A DNA stretch of 64,000 bases, taken from assembly GCA_965248755.1 (NCBI GenBank), contig OZ252149.1:2240001-2304000 (forward strand), given 5' to 3'. Positions within the stretch are counted from its first letter, which is position 1; each line of letters opens with the position of its first letter. Made by a program: the position numbers and the translations under genes. Source of the DNA: Candidatus Latescibacterota bacterium (lineage in GTDB: Bacteria > Latescibacterota > CBDEFO01). The notes under the pieces are model-generated. The model searched no databases. It had not been told where the DNA came from and worked only from the letters and a program-made list of their open reading frames with translations. This document shows positions 48,067 to 58,691 of the stretch, one piece after another.

Positions 48067-50040
48067 ATGAACAGCAACAACTCGAAACCCGCATCGCGGC
48101 GTGGCCTGGTTGAGCACATTCGTCAGACAATACCGTCGTTTGACGTCCCGTCCTACGGCGGGCGTTCTTACGAGGTAATGGCACCCGACACGCTCGACAT
48201 CCAGCAGCGCATCGCCCTGGCGGTCAACGGCCTGACCGGTCCAACGGACCCCGATAAGGACTACCTGCTTTACTTCCGCGTCAACTTCCGCTCGAATCCG
48301 CCGAGCATGTCGCATGGGCCTTCGGATATCTGTCAAATCAAGTTTATGGAATCGTTGCCGCTGATGCGGTTGGCCAGCGGAGCCGCCCTCAACGACCGCG
48401 TTGATCCGGTATGGATGAAGACAGCGCTGGGGATGATCGGCCCAGATGGTCTGGTCTATTGGCCAACTTTTCCATGGAGTAGATACCCAGACTGGTGTGA
48501 GCCATGTCCCAAGGGAGCCAAACACTATTCGGTGGCGATGTTTTGCGGCAGGATGATTGGTGCTATGACAATTTACATGCTGCGCGATTCCTCTGGCCCT
48601 TGGGAGAAAGAGATTCAGAAGGTTGTCCATGGCCTGCGGAGTATCGCAATCCAGAAAGATGACTATGCCTTCTTCCCTCAGGGCGGGTTTTCTCCCGGTA
48701 CGCGGCGGGTGCGCGAGGCCTCGCTGCCTTTGGGTGTATGGGCCAGTCTGGTCGGCTGGACCATACACGGGTTGGCACAATATCACCGCGTAAGCGGTTT
48801 CGAACCAGCGGTAGACCTGGCCAGCAGGCTGACCCGTTACCTCGTCCATCACGGCCGGTACTATGGGCCTGACGGCGAATTCCTACCCAATTACGGCGGG
48901 CAAGGAGAGATGGACGAAGGATGGGCCCGCGACAGCCAAGGCTTCAACCCGGGCCCGCCGCCGGTTAACAACCTGATTCATTTCCAGCATCACATGGTGC
49001 CGCTGCTGGGCACGCTGGATCATGCACTGGCAGTGGGCGACGCTAATCTGGCGGATTTTGTGCGACACTCATTCGAATGGGCCAGGACCAAAGGCAATGC
49101 TCTGTTGGGCTATTTCCCCGAGAACATAGACAACTACGCGGAGCTTGAGACCTCCGAACTTTGCGAGGTGGCGGGGATGATCGGCTTGGCGCTGAAACTC
49201 AGCGCCGCCGGCCTCGGCGATTACTGGGACGATGCCGACCGCTGGATCCGCAATATGTTCGCCGAAGGGCAGCTACTTCGACCGGAATGGGTTTACCACA
49301 GTGCCGAAGGGGGAATGGTCACCAGCAAGACCCGGATTCCACCCTCGGCCATGGGCGAAGGAATTAGTGACATCGATACCAGTCGCGAGGACCCTAAGGC
49401 TCCCGCACCCATGTCGATCTTATCCGATACCTGTGATCGTGTGCCCGAGCGCAACGTTGGAGCCTTTGCGGGTTGGCCGACCGCTAACGACTGGTTTATC
49501 GGACACGGCTCGGGAATCATGCACTGCTGCACCGGCAACGCCACCCGCGCCCTCTACTACATCTGGGAGCACATGCTCACCTATGATCGAGGCACACTCA
49601 CCGTGAACCTGCTCTTGAATCGTCCGTCCAAGTGGGCCGACGTGCATAGCCATATTCCGTATACCGGTCAGGTGGACATCGTCGTCAAGCGGGCGTGCAA
49701 AGAGTTGCGCGTCCGAATCCCTGAATGGGTAACTCCCCAGCAGGTATCGTCCAAGATCAACGGCAAGAAACGCCAGCTCAACTGGGACAAGAGATATGCC
49801 CTTGTGGGGCCGGTTGCCGGGAAGGACGAGGTGACGATGTCGTTCCCGATCTCAGAACGTAGAAGGGAAACTGATATCGAGTGCCAGCACTACCACTTAA
49901 TCACACGTGGCAACGAGGTGGTGGACATCTACCCTCGCGGTCGGTTTTGCCCACTCTACCAGCGGGATTATTACCGAACTGACACAACCCGATGGAAGAA
50001 GGTTCAGCGGTTCGTCTCAAATGAATCGATAGCATGGTAA
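48067..50040 (+). CDS. GH127/GH146-like (beta-L-arabinofuranosidase-like) protein
   Basis: SELCEVAGM, HCCTGN, PYTG.V, LRVRIPEW, GNEVVDIYP. Confidence 0.75.
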   Translation: MNSNNSKPASRRGLVEHIRQTIPSFDVPSYGGRSYEVMAPDTLDIQQRIALAVNGLTGPTDPDKDYLLYFRVNFRSNPPSMSHGPSDICQIKFMESLPLMRLASGAALNDRVDPVWMKTALGMIGPDGLVYWPTFPWSRYPDWCEPCPKGAKHYSVAMFCGRMIGAMTIYMLRDSSGPWEKEIQKVVHGLRSIAIQKDDYAFFPQGGFSPGTRRVREASLPLGVWASLVGWTIHGLAQYHRVSGFEPAVDLASRLTRYLVHHGRYYGPDGEFLPNYGGQGEMDEGWARDSQGFNPGPPPVNNLIHFQHHMVPLLGTLDHALAVGDANLADFVRHSFEWARTKGNALLGYFPENIDNYAELETSELCEVAGMIGLALKLSAAGLGDYWDDADRWIRNMFAEGQLLRPEWVYHSAEGGMVTSKTRIPPSAMGEGISDIDTSREDPKAPAPMSILSDTCDRVPERNVGAFAGWPTANDWFIGHGSGIMHCCTGNATRALYYIWEHMLTYDRGTLTVNLLLNRPSKWADVHSHIPYTGQVDIVVKRACKELRVRIPEWVTPQQVSSKINGKKRQLNWDKRYALVGPVAGKDEVTMSFPISERRRETDIECQHYHLITRGNEVVDIYPRGRFCPLYQRDYYRTDTTRWKKVQRFVSNESIAW

Positions 50041-50699
50041 TGCGCACGTATTTGGTTTTCAGATTACGGAGATGGAGAATAATCGTGGATTCCGAACATG
50101 CCAGGCCTATCAAAGGATATGTGGCCGATCATTCAGTCTATGCTTGTGGGATTCGACCTACATAGGGTAACAGCCACGTACGAATCGTCTGTTATGCTCC
50201 AAGTGGGTAATTCCAACGCCTGGCTGCCGATTACGCCCTGGAATTGCAGACAGGGTGTATTGACTTTCATCTTGCTTCGTGTTATTCTATAGAATCGCTG
50301 CTTGTTCCAGTAGAAATTCAGCGGAAGTTGATAGAAAAGGCAAGGACAAAATTGCTCATGCATATTCAGCTTTTTCGGAAGCTCTGCCCTAGCAGGAGCC
50401 AAGCAATGTATCAAGACCGAGCAGGACTGGCTCAGCCTCGGATTAACAACTGAATGACCCTGTTCTCCGCAATTCTCTATTGACATGCGCTATTTTATCT
50501 CTATCTTCTCACCAAACTATCCACAAGCTGCCTTTGTACCTGTACACCAGAATATAAGACCCGCGTCTCTGCCCTAACATAAGGGTAAATTAGGTGAAAC
50601 ACTTCGTGGCTTGTTGCCACATTTCCCCTTCCACCGCGGCTTGGGTTCGCACCTATATAGAATAGTAGACACAAGAACAGACAGAGGAGAAAATACCCT

Positions 50700-51569
50700 A
50701 TGTTATATTCACCTGTTGTGATCTCTACATGGGACTTCGGTAAAGCGGCAAACGAAGACGCAATGAAGGTACTCTTGCAGGGAAGGAGCGCACTGGACGC
50801 CGTAGAGGAAGGGATATGGGTGGCAGAGGCCGACCCTTCAAATTCCACCGTGGGATTTGCCGGGACTCCCAACGAAGAAGGCGTGGTGCAAGTAGACGCA
50901 GCGATCATGTGGGGTCCGGGTAAGAAGGCGGGCAGTGTCGCTTGTCTGGAGAATATCCTGCACCCCATCTCCGTGGCCAGGAGAGTGATGGAGGAATCGC
51001 GCCACGTAATGTTAGTCGGAGAGGGAGCTCTGAAATTTGCTCTTTCAAAGGGATTCGAAAAGTGGAATCTGACGACAGAGGAGACCAGACGTAAGTGGCA
51101 GGAGTGGAAAAAGGAGCAGGAAGTAAAGAGCCAAGGTCACGATACGATCGGGATGGTAGCGCGGGATCAAAACGGAGACCTTGCTGTGGGCTGCTCGACA
51201 AGCGGCGCTGGATACAAGGAGCCGGGCAGGGTGGGAGACTCCCCCTTAATAGGATCGGGTCTCTATGTGGATAACGACGTGGGCGGAGCATCCGCCACAG
51301 GTCTCGGTGAGGACATTATGAGGTACTGCTCAAGCTTTATGGTAGTGGAGAATATGCGAAATGGAATGCATCCCGAACAGGCGTGCAAAGCTTTATTAAG
51401 GAGGATACTTGAGGAAGACCCGGAAAATAACAAGAATATGTGGATAGCGTTGGTGGCTCTGAACAAACAGGGCGAATACGGAGCTGCAGTTATGCACAAA
51501 GGGTTCCCATTTGCCGTTTTCGCTGACGGAGTAAACGTGGTGAAAGAGGGCGCCTATGTCGCGGAATAG
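50700..51569 (+). CDS. N(4)-(beta-N-acetylglucosaminyl)-L-asparaginase (Ntn hydrolase)
   Basis: ISTW, HPISVAR, GHDTIG cleavage site, PGRVGDSP, ATG.GE. Confidence 0.93.
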   Translation: MLYSPVVISTWDFGKAANEDAMKVLLQGRSALDAVEEGIWVAEADPSNSTVGFAGTPNEEGVVQVDAAIMWGPGKKAGSVACLENILHPISVARRVMEESRHVMLVGEGALKFALSKGFEKWNLTTEETRRKWQEWKKEQEVKSQGHDTIGMVARDQNGDLAVGCSTSGAGYKEPGRVGDSPLIGSGLYVDNDVGGASATGLGEDIMRYCSSFMVVENMRNGMHPEQACKALLRRILEEDPENNKNMWIALVALNKQGEYGAAVMHKGFPFAVFADGVNVVKEGAYVAE

Positions 51570-52312
51570 TAAGTATAAGGTTCAAGGATGGCAAGAAACG
51601 GACTGTCCCCGCTATGATGATTTTTAGAGCGATCTGCGTCATCTAATCGATACACGCAGGAGCTGGACCTTTTGTGTTAGCAGACAGAGCGGGGCACTCA
51701 AAGGGAAGGTACTAAGCAACCTGATGGCCAAAGTAGGTAGATTAGGTTGCACATGTGCAATCGGAGAGTGGACAAGCTCTATCTTCCGACACGAGATTGT
51801 TACTACGGCTGTCGCATCTGCTATGATCTTACCAATACCTCCTGCCAGCAAAGCCTCAAACTGTATTCCCATGTATAAGCGCCTTTCCGAACGGACAGCA
51901 CAGCCACTCGAAATAATAAGGCATATTCTGGGAAGATAGCAGCGAGCCTGGAGGAAGAGACGTTCCGTGATGAGAGCCTTCTCCGTTTCACAGACAACAC
52001 AAAACAAACAGAAAACCCACTATTTCCGAAAGGTTGTGGAAGACTACGGGTGGCTTTGGCCGGCCCGCAAGCCGGAGACCAACTCTGACTGCATCGGTAT
52101 ACCTAAGACGGACCCACCAGGCCGGCAGGTGCCTGGCGACTCGAAAGCGCCGCCCAGGGGTTCCCTGTGGAAAACAGATGTTTCGAAGATCAAGTCGAAG
52201 CGTGCAGCCTGATGGTACCAGCGAACGACGGCTACGTGCGGATCGCAATTCAAAGCGCCGGGCGCGCAGTGCTGCCACGTAACCAGATAACGATCGATCA
52301 CTTCCGGAAGAT

Positions 52313-53509
52313 TCACTGATCGACGATCTCGACCTCCAGCGGATGGAAAAGCCGTTGTGCCGTATCTTCAACCGGGGCCAGCATCTTCTCCGGACGTCCC
52401 TCGGAGTCCTCGGCAAGCAGGAACGGTAGCCAGGCCTCCCTTTCGAAGTACACGTTGCCAGCCGGGACGAGCGTTTCAGAATCATCCCTGGGCCAGACCA
52501 AGACCCTTGCCCAGTAGGCGTAATTGTCGTATCGAGTGATTTGCATTCTATAGTCGCGCAGGGTCGCTTCCGTCCCGCTGGGTCCCTTGTTCTCAACTTT
52601 CAGGCGTATGGTCGCCATACCGTGACCAGTTTTGGGGTTATAAAACGCCAACCAGTCGTCGTCCGGCAGGGACGGAAACTCCATTTCCTCTGCGGCTGGA
52701 ATCTCAGCCGCGTGGATCTTTCCTTGTCGATCCTTGCGCGCCACATGGGTGAACAGATCCGGGGAGAAAACCTGTTCGCCGTTGCGAAGAACCTCGAGCG
52801 TCAGAGGTTGCTTCATCGTCGTCTTGGACTGCATGATCACATACGGCTCGGTGGCTGAAAACCAGTAGCGCAGATCGACGTCGATCTCGGGGTATTTCTG
52901 CATATCACCCTTGCGCCGCGTCTCGAACACGAGCTCCCCGCGCCACTCCTTCAGACCCGGGGGTGGATCCCACTGGTATGTATGCAACCACCCGCGGTCC
53001 GCCTTCACCCCCGGGTTCCAATGGACCGTGCCGATCGAATTGAAAAACTCCGGCTTTCCGTGCAAGGTGATGCGGTCGAAGTTGCCGCTCGGGGCCTTGA
53101 GCTTGGCCTCGTAGAAGGCGTTAGTGATCGAGACATCCTCTTGCTTGGCCGTATCGCCCTCGATCTTCAGGGGTCGTTCTGGTGCTTGGGTCTTTCCGGG
53201 AACGATGCGATAGACGCGGCTATGCGTCGCTGCTATATTCACCGGGAACCAGATCGCTCGCTCTTCTCCGTCGCCCACCACCTGTGATGCGACAGGGTCT
53301 CCGTCCTCCTCCCGAACCATCAGCGGTCCCTCCGCTTTCACCGGCACGCTGACCAGCTCTCCGCTGCGCTCCAGGCCGTGCGGCTCATGGACCCGAACGA
53401 CCGTGCCCTCCTCATCACATCCCAACAGACCGATTACCGCGGCAAGCGCGCCGAAAAGACATCCAGGCTTCGCACCGTGTAAAAAGGGCTTTCTCCAGAT
53501 TCTCGTCAT
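52313..53509 (-). CDS. Hypothetical lipoprotein, beta-sandwich, possibly carbohydrate-active
   Basis: Lipobox LLGC; V.EP.GL.R..E.V...V.SQV and ITN.FY motifs; AAGGAG RBS. Confidence 0.75.
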   Translation of the reverse strand: MTRIWRKPFLHGAKPGCLFGALAAVIGLLGCDEEGTVVRVHEPHGLERSGELVSVPVKAEGPLMVREEDGDPVASQVVGDGEERAIWFPVNIAATHSRVYRIVPGKTQAPERPLKIEGDTAKQEDVSITNAFYEAKLKAPSGNFDRITLHGKPEFFNSIGTVHWNPGVKADRGWLHTYQWDPPPGLKEWRGELVFETRRKGDMQKYPEIDVDLRYWFSATEPYVIMQSKTTMKQPLTLEVLRNGEQVFSPDLFTHVARKDRQGKIHAAEIPAAEEMEFPSLPDDDWLAFYNPKTGHGMATIRLKVENKGPSGTEATLRDYRMQITRYDNYAYWARVLVWPRDDSETLVPAGNVYFEREAWLPFLLAEDSEGRPEKMLAPVEDTAQRLFHPLEVEIVDQ

Positions 53510-54023
53510 ATCTTGTGCTCCTTTCAGTCAGGTAGCAGAAGCATACTCGATTAGTGGCTTCGCGACCCAGACGTTATGCAATTGGGCATCAATGATATGC
53601 AGCTTGTCATCACGCTCGATGCGGATGACTCAAGGATGCGCATCAGTATGAGAAATCACAGCCTCTGCTCCAGTTACGGCAAGGTCGTTCACAAGATGAT
53701 AGTTGTAGACTACCTGGCCGTCGGCGTTTTATTAGACAGCAGAGTTGGGCGACCCATCAAACACGACGAATACACGTCCTGCCGCGACAGGTGGTATTCT
53801 GAGTCTTTAAGTTGCTGCCTGTGCATATTTCCTACTTTAGAATGGGAAGTTCATTTCCTGGTTACTTCAATTTAGGCGAGGCAATAGTTTAGCACCTGTT
53901 TCTGAAGTTACTCTATATCTGGTGTTTTAGCTACAATGGTGCACTATATATAGAACCTAATAAAGACTAAACAGAAAAGCAAGGAAAAAACGCGTGTTGT
54001 CTGAAAATGGATATCTTAACAAG

Positions 54024-54056
54024 AACAAGCCCCGTGAACATCGCACAGGGCTTGTT
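54024..54056. terminator. Stem-loop, probable intrinsic terminator
   Basis: AACAAGCCCCGTG-loop-CACAGGGCTTGTT with A/T-rich flanks. Confidence 0.6.
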
Positions 54057-54279
54057 TGTATCTGAAAATATAACCACTATATAGAATTAAGTCAAGGGAA
54101 CAGGGTGGAAGAAAGGATGTGCTATTCACCTAGACGAGATGTCTATGCGTCTTCATCGTGAAATACTGCAGGGAGATTAGAGAGGCTTTGGTCCTAATAC
54201 GAAATAGATTTATGTCACCAATCTGTCACCACAATAACAACGGGCTACGACTCAATCTTTGTAACTCATTAGTTATTTA

Positions 54280-54358
54280 TGGTGGGCAGTACTGGATTTG
54301 AACCAGTGACCTCCTGCTTGTAAGGCAGGCGCTCTAAACCAGACTGAGCTAACCGCCC
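54280..54358 (-). tRNA. tRNA-Val (TAC)
   Basis: GGGCGGTTAGCTCAGTCTGGTTTAGAGCGCCTGCC-TTACAAG-CAGGAGGTCACTGGTTCAAATCCAGTACTGCCCACCA; cloverleaf with encoded CCA. Confidence 0.98.
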
Positions 54359-54482
54359 ACTCTCCTGTAGATTGTGTTGTGACCGCTCCCACGAAATAAT
54401 TTCGTGGACTTTTAGCCTAAAGTCTGAGTGTGCGTGTCCAGACGCAGACAGAACAGAGAGTTCAGGCCCAACTTCCGGAGGT

Positions 54483-54511
54483 AATATAATTAATTACTCA
54501 CCAGTTGTCAA
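54483..54511 (-). promoter_or_regulatory. Sigma70-type promoter for tRNA-Val
   Basis: TTGACA-N17-TATATT on the minus strand. Confidence 0.7.
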
Positions 54512-54786
54512 CACATAAAAGCGATTTATGCTCCGCATAAACCCTGTAGCTTTTTTGAGGGGTTCTGTAAGCTGTAAAGTCAAGGATCATCTTATGTTTC
54601 TTGTTATGAATAAGACAAAAGGGATATATCTGTTTCCACTATTACCCTGTAAAATGTGGCAGAAAAACTACTTGATTTTCGTATGAAAGGAATATATATT
54701 GTTTTCCAGTGAGATTATTAGCCGGTTCGACTATAAACCAGACGTTCAATTTTTTTCTGACAATTAGCTTATTTTGAGGAGGAAAT

Positions 54787-55890
54787 ATGCCAGGTGTAGA
54801 AAATGAGATATTAGGTATAGACAAGATGGAAATAGACACTCCAGCTCTTCTTTTGGATTTGGATTTATTCGAAAGCAATATCAAAAAGATGGCCGATTTT
54901 CTAAGGGCATCAGGATGTTCTCTCAGACCTCATTTCAAAGCCCACAGAACACCTGAGATATCTAAAAGGCAATTTGAGGCCGGAGCCATAGGCGTAACCT
55001 GCGCAAAATTAGCAGAAGCAGAGCTTATAGCAGAGTGCGGTATGGATGACATCCTGATTGCTAACGAGATTGCAGGAGAAAAAAAATGGAGGCGTCTGGC
55101 TAAGTTGGCTGGCCAAGTCGATGTATCTGTCGGAGTCGATAGCTTCGAGGCTGTAAATGAAATATCAAAGACTGCAGTTGAGGAAGGTACACAGGTGGGA
55201 CTGGTCGTGGACGTGGATATAGGTATGGAGAGGTGCGGAGTCCTTCCAGGTGAGCCCGCGTTGGACCTTGCAAGGTTTGTGTGCGAAAGGAAAGGAGTCA
55301 GGCTCAAAGGGGTGATGGGATATGAATCTCACGTAGTCTTGCTGCCCAGAGGGAAGGAGAAAGAGAAAAAAGTTAAAGAGTCAATAACGCTACTGATCGA
55401 CACTGCGGAACTGATAAGGTCCGACGGCATAGACGTAGAGATCGTAAGTTGCGGAGGGACAGGCACATACTATATTTCAGGTACCTTACCGGGGGTAACC
55501 GAGCTCCAGTGTGGAACATATTGTATATGCGACGTTGTATTCTGGGAGATAGACACCGGATTTGAGATGTCTATGACCGTCCTTTCAACGATTATATCGA
55601 GACCTTCAAAAGATAGGGCAATTCTGGACGCCGGCAGAAAATCTTTGCACCTGTCAAAGTCGGCATCTCTGATTAAAGACGTAGAGGGCGCTCAAGAGAT
55701 CTACAAGAGCGCAGAACACGGTATTTTAACGTTGGAAGGTGCAGCACAGGATTTGAAGATAGCGGATAAGATTGAATTATATCCCCACTATGCGGACGGA
55801 ACTGTCAATTTACACGACAGATTCTATTGCATCAGAGACGGCAAGTTAGAAGATATATGGGAGATCAGCGGAAGAGACAAAAGCAGGTAA
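54787..55890 (+). CDS. DSD1-family PLP enzyme (D-threonine aldolase / D-serine dehydratase-like)
   Basis: DTPALLLD, RPHFK.H, CAKL.EAE, GYE.H, GGTGT, DAG.K, AEHG. Confidence 0.92.
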   Translation: MPGVENEILGIDKMEIDTPALLLDLDLFESNIKKMADFLRASGCSLRPHFKAHRTPEISKRQFEAGAIGVTCAKLAEAELIAECGMDDILIANEIAGEKKWRRLAKLAGQVDVSVGVDSFEAVNEISKTAVEEGTQVGLVVDVDIGMERCGVLPGEPALDLARFVCERKGVRLKGVMGYESHVVLLPRGKEKEKKVKESITLLIDTAELIRSDGIDVEIVSCGGTGTYYISGTLPGVTELQCGTYCICDVVFWEIDTGFEMSMTVLSTIISRPSKDRAILDAGRKSLHLSKSASLIKDVEGAQEIYKSAEHGILTLEGAAQDLKIADKIELYPHYADGTVNLHDRFYCIRDGKLEDIWEISGRDKSR

Positions 55891-56014
55891 CCATCTGAAA
55901 TTATACAGGATCTACATTGTTCGTGAACCGAGCTTGTAGGCAACGAGCGTGTCAGCGTTTAGCTGATAGTTGACCTCTTTCTGATAGAATGAGTCTTAAC
56001 GGTTAAAATTATAT

Positions 56015-56043
56015 TAAACCATTTCGCCTTGCTATGCGTCTAA
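56015..56043 (+). promoter_or_regulatory. Candidate ECF sigma-factor promoter
   Basis: TAAAC-N17-CGTCTAA upstream of two Spy-like genes. Confidence 0.5.
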
Positions 56044-56115
56044 AATAGGTGAAAGTAGGAGCGCTCTCTACATACTGTAGCTGTATAAAACTCACAAAAC
56101 AAGGAGGAAAAACCG

Positions 56116-57531
56116 ATGCTCAGACGTATTTTCACCTTCGGATTTCTTGCAGTAGGGCTTTTTGTTCTCTACGGATGCGGCCAGGACACAACCGGTATCC
56201 CCACCGGCGCCAGCACAGGATTAGAGAACATAAGCAACTCAGCGCTTACGGGTGATCTCGATGCCGCAGATCCCGCCGGACGCCCAATTATAGATGGCGA
56301 GGCAGAGGGACGTTGGGAGCGTATAGCTGCTTCTCTCGGCCTTTCCGAGGAACAACTGGAGGCCATCAAGCAGATCAGAGAAACGAGCCAACAAGAGGTG
56401 AAGGCTCTCATTCAGCAAAATAAGGACAGCGGAGTGCCTCGTGACCAGATCAAAGAGGCTGTGGAAGAACTCCTCCAGAAAGAAAGAGAACAGATAGTGG
56501 CCCTTCTGAACGAAGAGCAAGGCGCCCAATTTACAGAGCTCATCGAGAGAATAAGACAAGGACGACGTGAACACACAAAGGAAAAAGGACGACCAAAGAG
56601 ACATCCCCTATTAAGGGCCATCAACGCTGTCCATCCTACAGATGAACAACTGGAGGATATAAAACAGATATTGGAAGACCAGAAACACCAGATAATGGCC
56701 TTGAGAGAAGAGTTCGGATCAGATAACGTTGACAAAGACGCCTTCAGAGCCCAAATAAAAGACATCGAACAGGCCGCACTGGAGAACATTCTGGGCATAC
56801 TCGACGAAGAGCAAGGCGCCCAATTGACACAACTCATTGAGAGAATAAGACAAGGACGACGTGAACACACTAAAGAAGAAGGACGACCAAAGAGACACCC
56901 CCTATTAAGGGCCATCAACGCTGTCCATCCTACAGATGAACAACTGGAGGATATAAAACAGATATTGGAAGACCAGAAACACCAGATAATGGCCTTGAGA
57001 GAAGAGTTCGGATCAGATAACGTTGACAAAGACGCCTTCAGAGCCCAAATAAAAGACATCGAACAGGCCGCACTGGAGAACATTCTGGGCATACTCGACG
57101 AAGAGCAAGGCGCCCAATTGACACAACTCATTGAGAGAATAAGACAAGGACGACGTGAACACACTAAAGAAGAAGGACGACCAAAGAGACATCCCCTATT
57201 AAGGGCCATCAACGCTGTCCATCCTACAGATGAACAACTGGAGGATATAAAACAGATATTGGAAGACCAGAAACACCAGATAATGGCCTTGAGAGAAGAG
57301 TTCGGATCAGATGACGTTGACAAAAACGCCTTCAGAGCCCAAATAAAAGAGATCCAACAGGCCACACTGCAAAACATACTCGACATACTTGACGAAGAGC
57401 AAGGCGCCCAATTGACCGAACTCTTCCAGGGGCCCAGGGAGTCCAGAGAGAGAATGAGACGAAGGCACGGCGAGCATATGGGGGATCTCGTACAGGGTCA
57501 TAGAACAGCAGGAAGTACGCTTTCAAGATAA
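56116..57531 (+). CDS. Lipoprotein with four Spy/CpxP-like (LTxxQ) modules
   Basis: Lipobox LYGC; LSEEQ / PTDEQ / LDEEQ motifs; AAGGAGG RBS. Confidence 0.85.
   Translation: MLRRIFTFGFLAVGLFVLYGCGQDTTGIPTGASTGLENISNSALTGDLDAADPAGRPIIDGEAEGRWERIAASLGLSEEQLEAIKQIRETSQQEVKALIQQNKDSGVPRDQIKEAVEELLQKEREQIVALLNEEQGAQFTELIERIRQGRREHTKEKGRPKRHPLLRAINAVHPTDEQLEDIKQILEDQKHQIMALREEFGSDNVDKDAFRAQIKDIEQAALENILGILDEEQGAQLTQLIERIRQGRREHTKEEGRPKRHPLLRAINAVHPTDEQLEDIKQILEDQKHQIMALREEFGSDNVDKDAFRAQIKDIEQAALENILGILDEEQGAQLTQLIERIRQGRREHTKEEGRPKRHPLLRAINAVHPTDEQLEDIKQILEDQKHQIMALREEFGSDDVDKNAFRAQIKEIQQATLQNILDILDEEQGAQLTELFQGPRESRERMRRRHGEHMGDLVQGHRTAGSTLSR
56511..57410 (+). repeat. Three tandem near-identical 294-bp (98-aa) units plus a partial fourth start
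   Basis: CGAAGAGCAAGGCGCCCAATT recurs at 56511, 56805, 57099 and 57393. Confidence 0.97.
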
Positions 57532-57726
57532 CCCGTGATTAAGTCAATAGGGATCTAAACGTCCATCAGGTCGAATTTACAGATGTTAGATCCCTTTTTT
57601 TCTCTTTCTCCAAGAAAGTCAAATCTACGCTGACAAAGCGTATAACGATTTTGCCTTTGAAGATCTGTTCGAAGAAGCCGCATAATCATCGGCCTCTGTC
57701 TGAGGCTAAAAACTAAGGAGGACATC

Positions 57727-58215
57727 ATGAATAGCACCTCTTTTGTAAACCGCTTAGCCCAAATGGGTGCCTTCATCTTTCTCCTCAGCGTCCTGGCGAC
57801 CTCGCTGGTTTACGGACAAGGCAACGCACGTGCACGACGCGACACCACCGACAAAGTTACTGATAGAATCATGTCCAGGATGAAAGAGCAGCTCAAGCTC
57901 ACCGAAGATCAGGAGGACAAGGTTCTTCAAATTCTTAAAGAACAGGGCCAGAAGCGGCAAGAGATCCTAAAGAAAGCTCGGAAACAGGGCCGCCAGGGCA
58001 TGAGCGGGTTAAGGGATGAGATGGAGAAGATTCAGAAGGAAACCGGCGAGCGGCTTGAGAAGATCCTTACCGAAGATCAGATGAAAGAGTACAGGAAGAA
58101 CCAGGCGGAGATACAGGAGAAAAGGCAGAAAAGGCGTGAAGAAATGGGTCGACGTCAGGAAGGACGTCGACGTCAGTCCAGTCGGAAAGCTGGCGGCAGA
58201 TCAAGAGCCAGATGA
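57727..58215 (+). CDS. Periplasmic Spy/CpxP-like (LTxxQ) protein
   Basis: Signal peptide; LKLTEDQ and ILTEDQ motifs; basic helical body. Confidence 0.85.
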   Translation: MNSTSFVNRLAQMGAFIFLLSVLATSLVYGQGNARARRDTTDKVTDRIMSRMKEQLKLTEDQEDKVLQILKEQGQKRQEILKKARKQGRQGMSGLRDEMEKIQKETGERLEKILTEDQMKEYRKNQAEIQEKRQKRREEMGRRQEGRRRQSSRKAGGRSRAR

Positions 58216-58559
58216 AGTAGGCTTCCCCGACGACCGCTTGCCCTCGTCCCACAATGAAGACATCGAGTTGAAGACGATTAGACGAGCTGAGGCGTGAGTG
58301 AGGATTTGTGTGACGTCAGAACGGCACGGAGCTGAAGACCATGCCCCGTATCACAGTTTAGTACCCGAAGATATGGGACATCAACCCCACGTAGAAGTAG
58401 GAATCGATTGACCCCGCCCGTACAAAAGGAAGCGTTGGAAGGATGCGTAGGAGATGGAGATAAGGCGTATCGTTCCGATAATCTATGGCCTGCTGTTACT
58501 GGCTTCCATAGGCTGCTCGGCTGGGTACAGCGGTGGTCTCGGCGCCTACGGCGCCGGGA

Positions 58560-58691
58560 GAAGAGGTGCTCACTGGGGCCTTTGAAGATGACCGGAAGGT
58601 TGCGCTCTTCACAGAGTTGACGTACACGCTCGCGCCAGCCGCCGTGGATGTGCCCGGCCAGGTAGACGAGCGGGGAATCAGAACGAGCCAT
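58560..58691 (-). pseudogene. N-terminal fragment of a YtoQ-family protein
   Basis: VYLAGHIHGGWRE...LPV.F.GP; similarity is lost after ~40 aa. Confidence 0.6.

Noticed and set aside
47259..52316. Short ORFs in the spacers at 47.3-47.9, 50.1-50.5 and 51.6-52.3 kb
   Set aside because: They look like gene debris, but I could not assign a family or a credible start, so they are left uncalled.
56511..57410. Regular repeats as a possible CRISPR array
   Set aside because: Units are 294-bp in-frame coding duplications with no unique spacers, and there are no cas genes.
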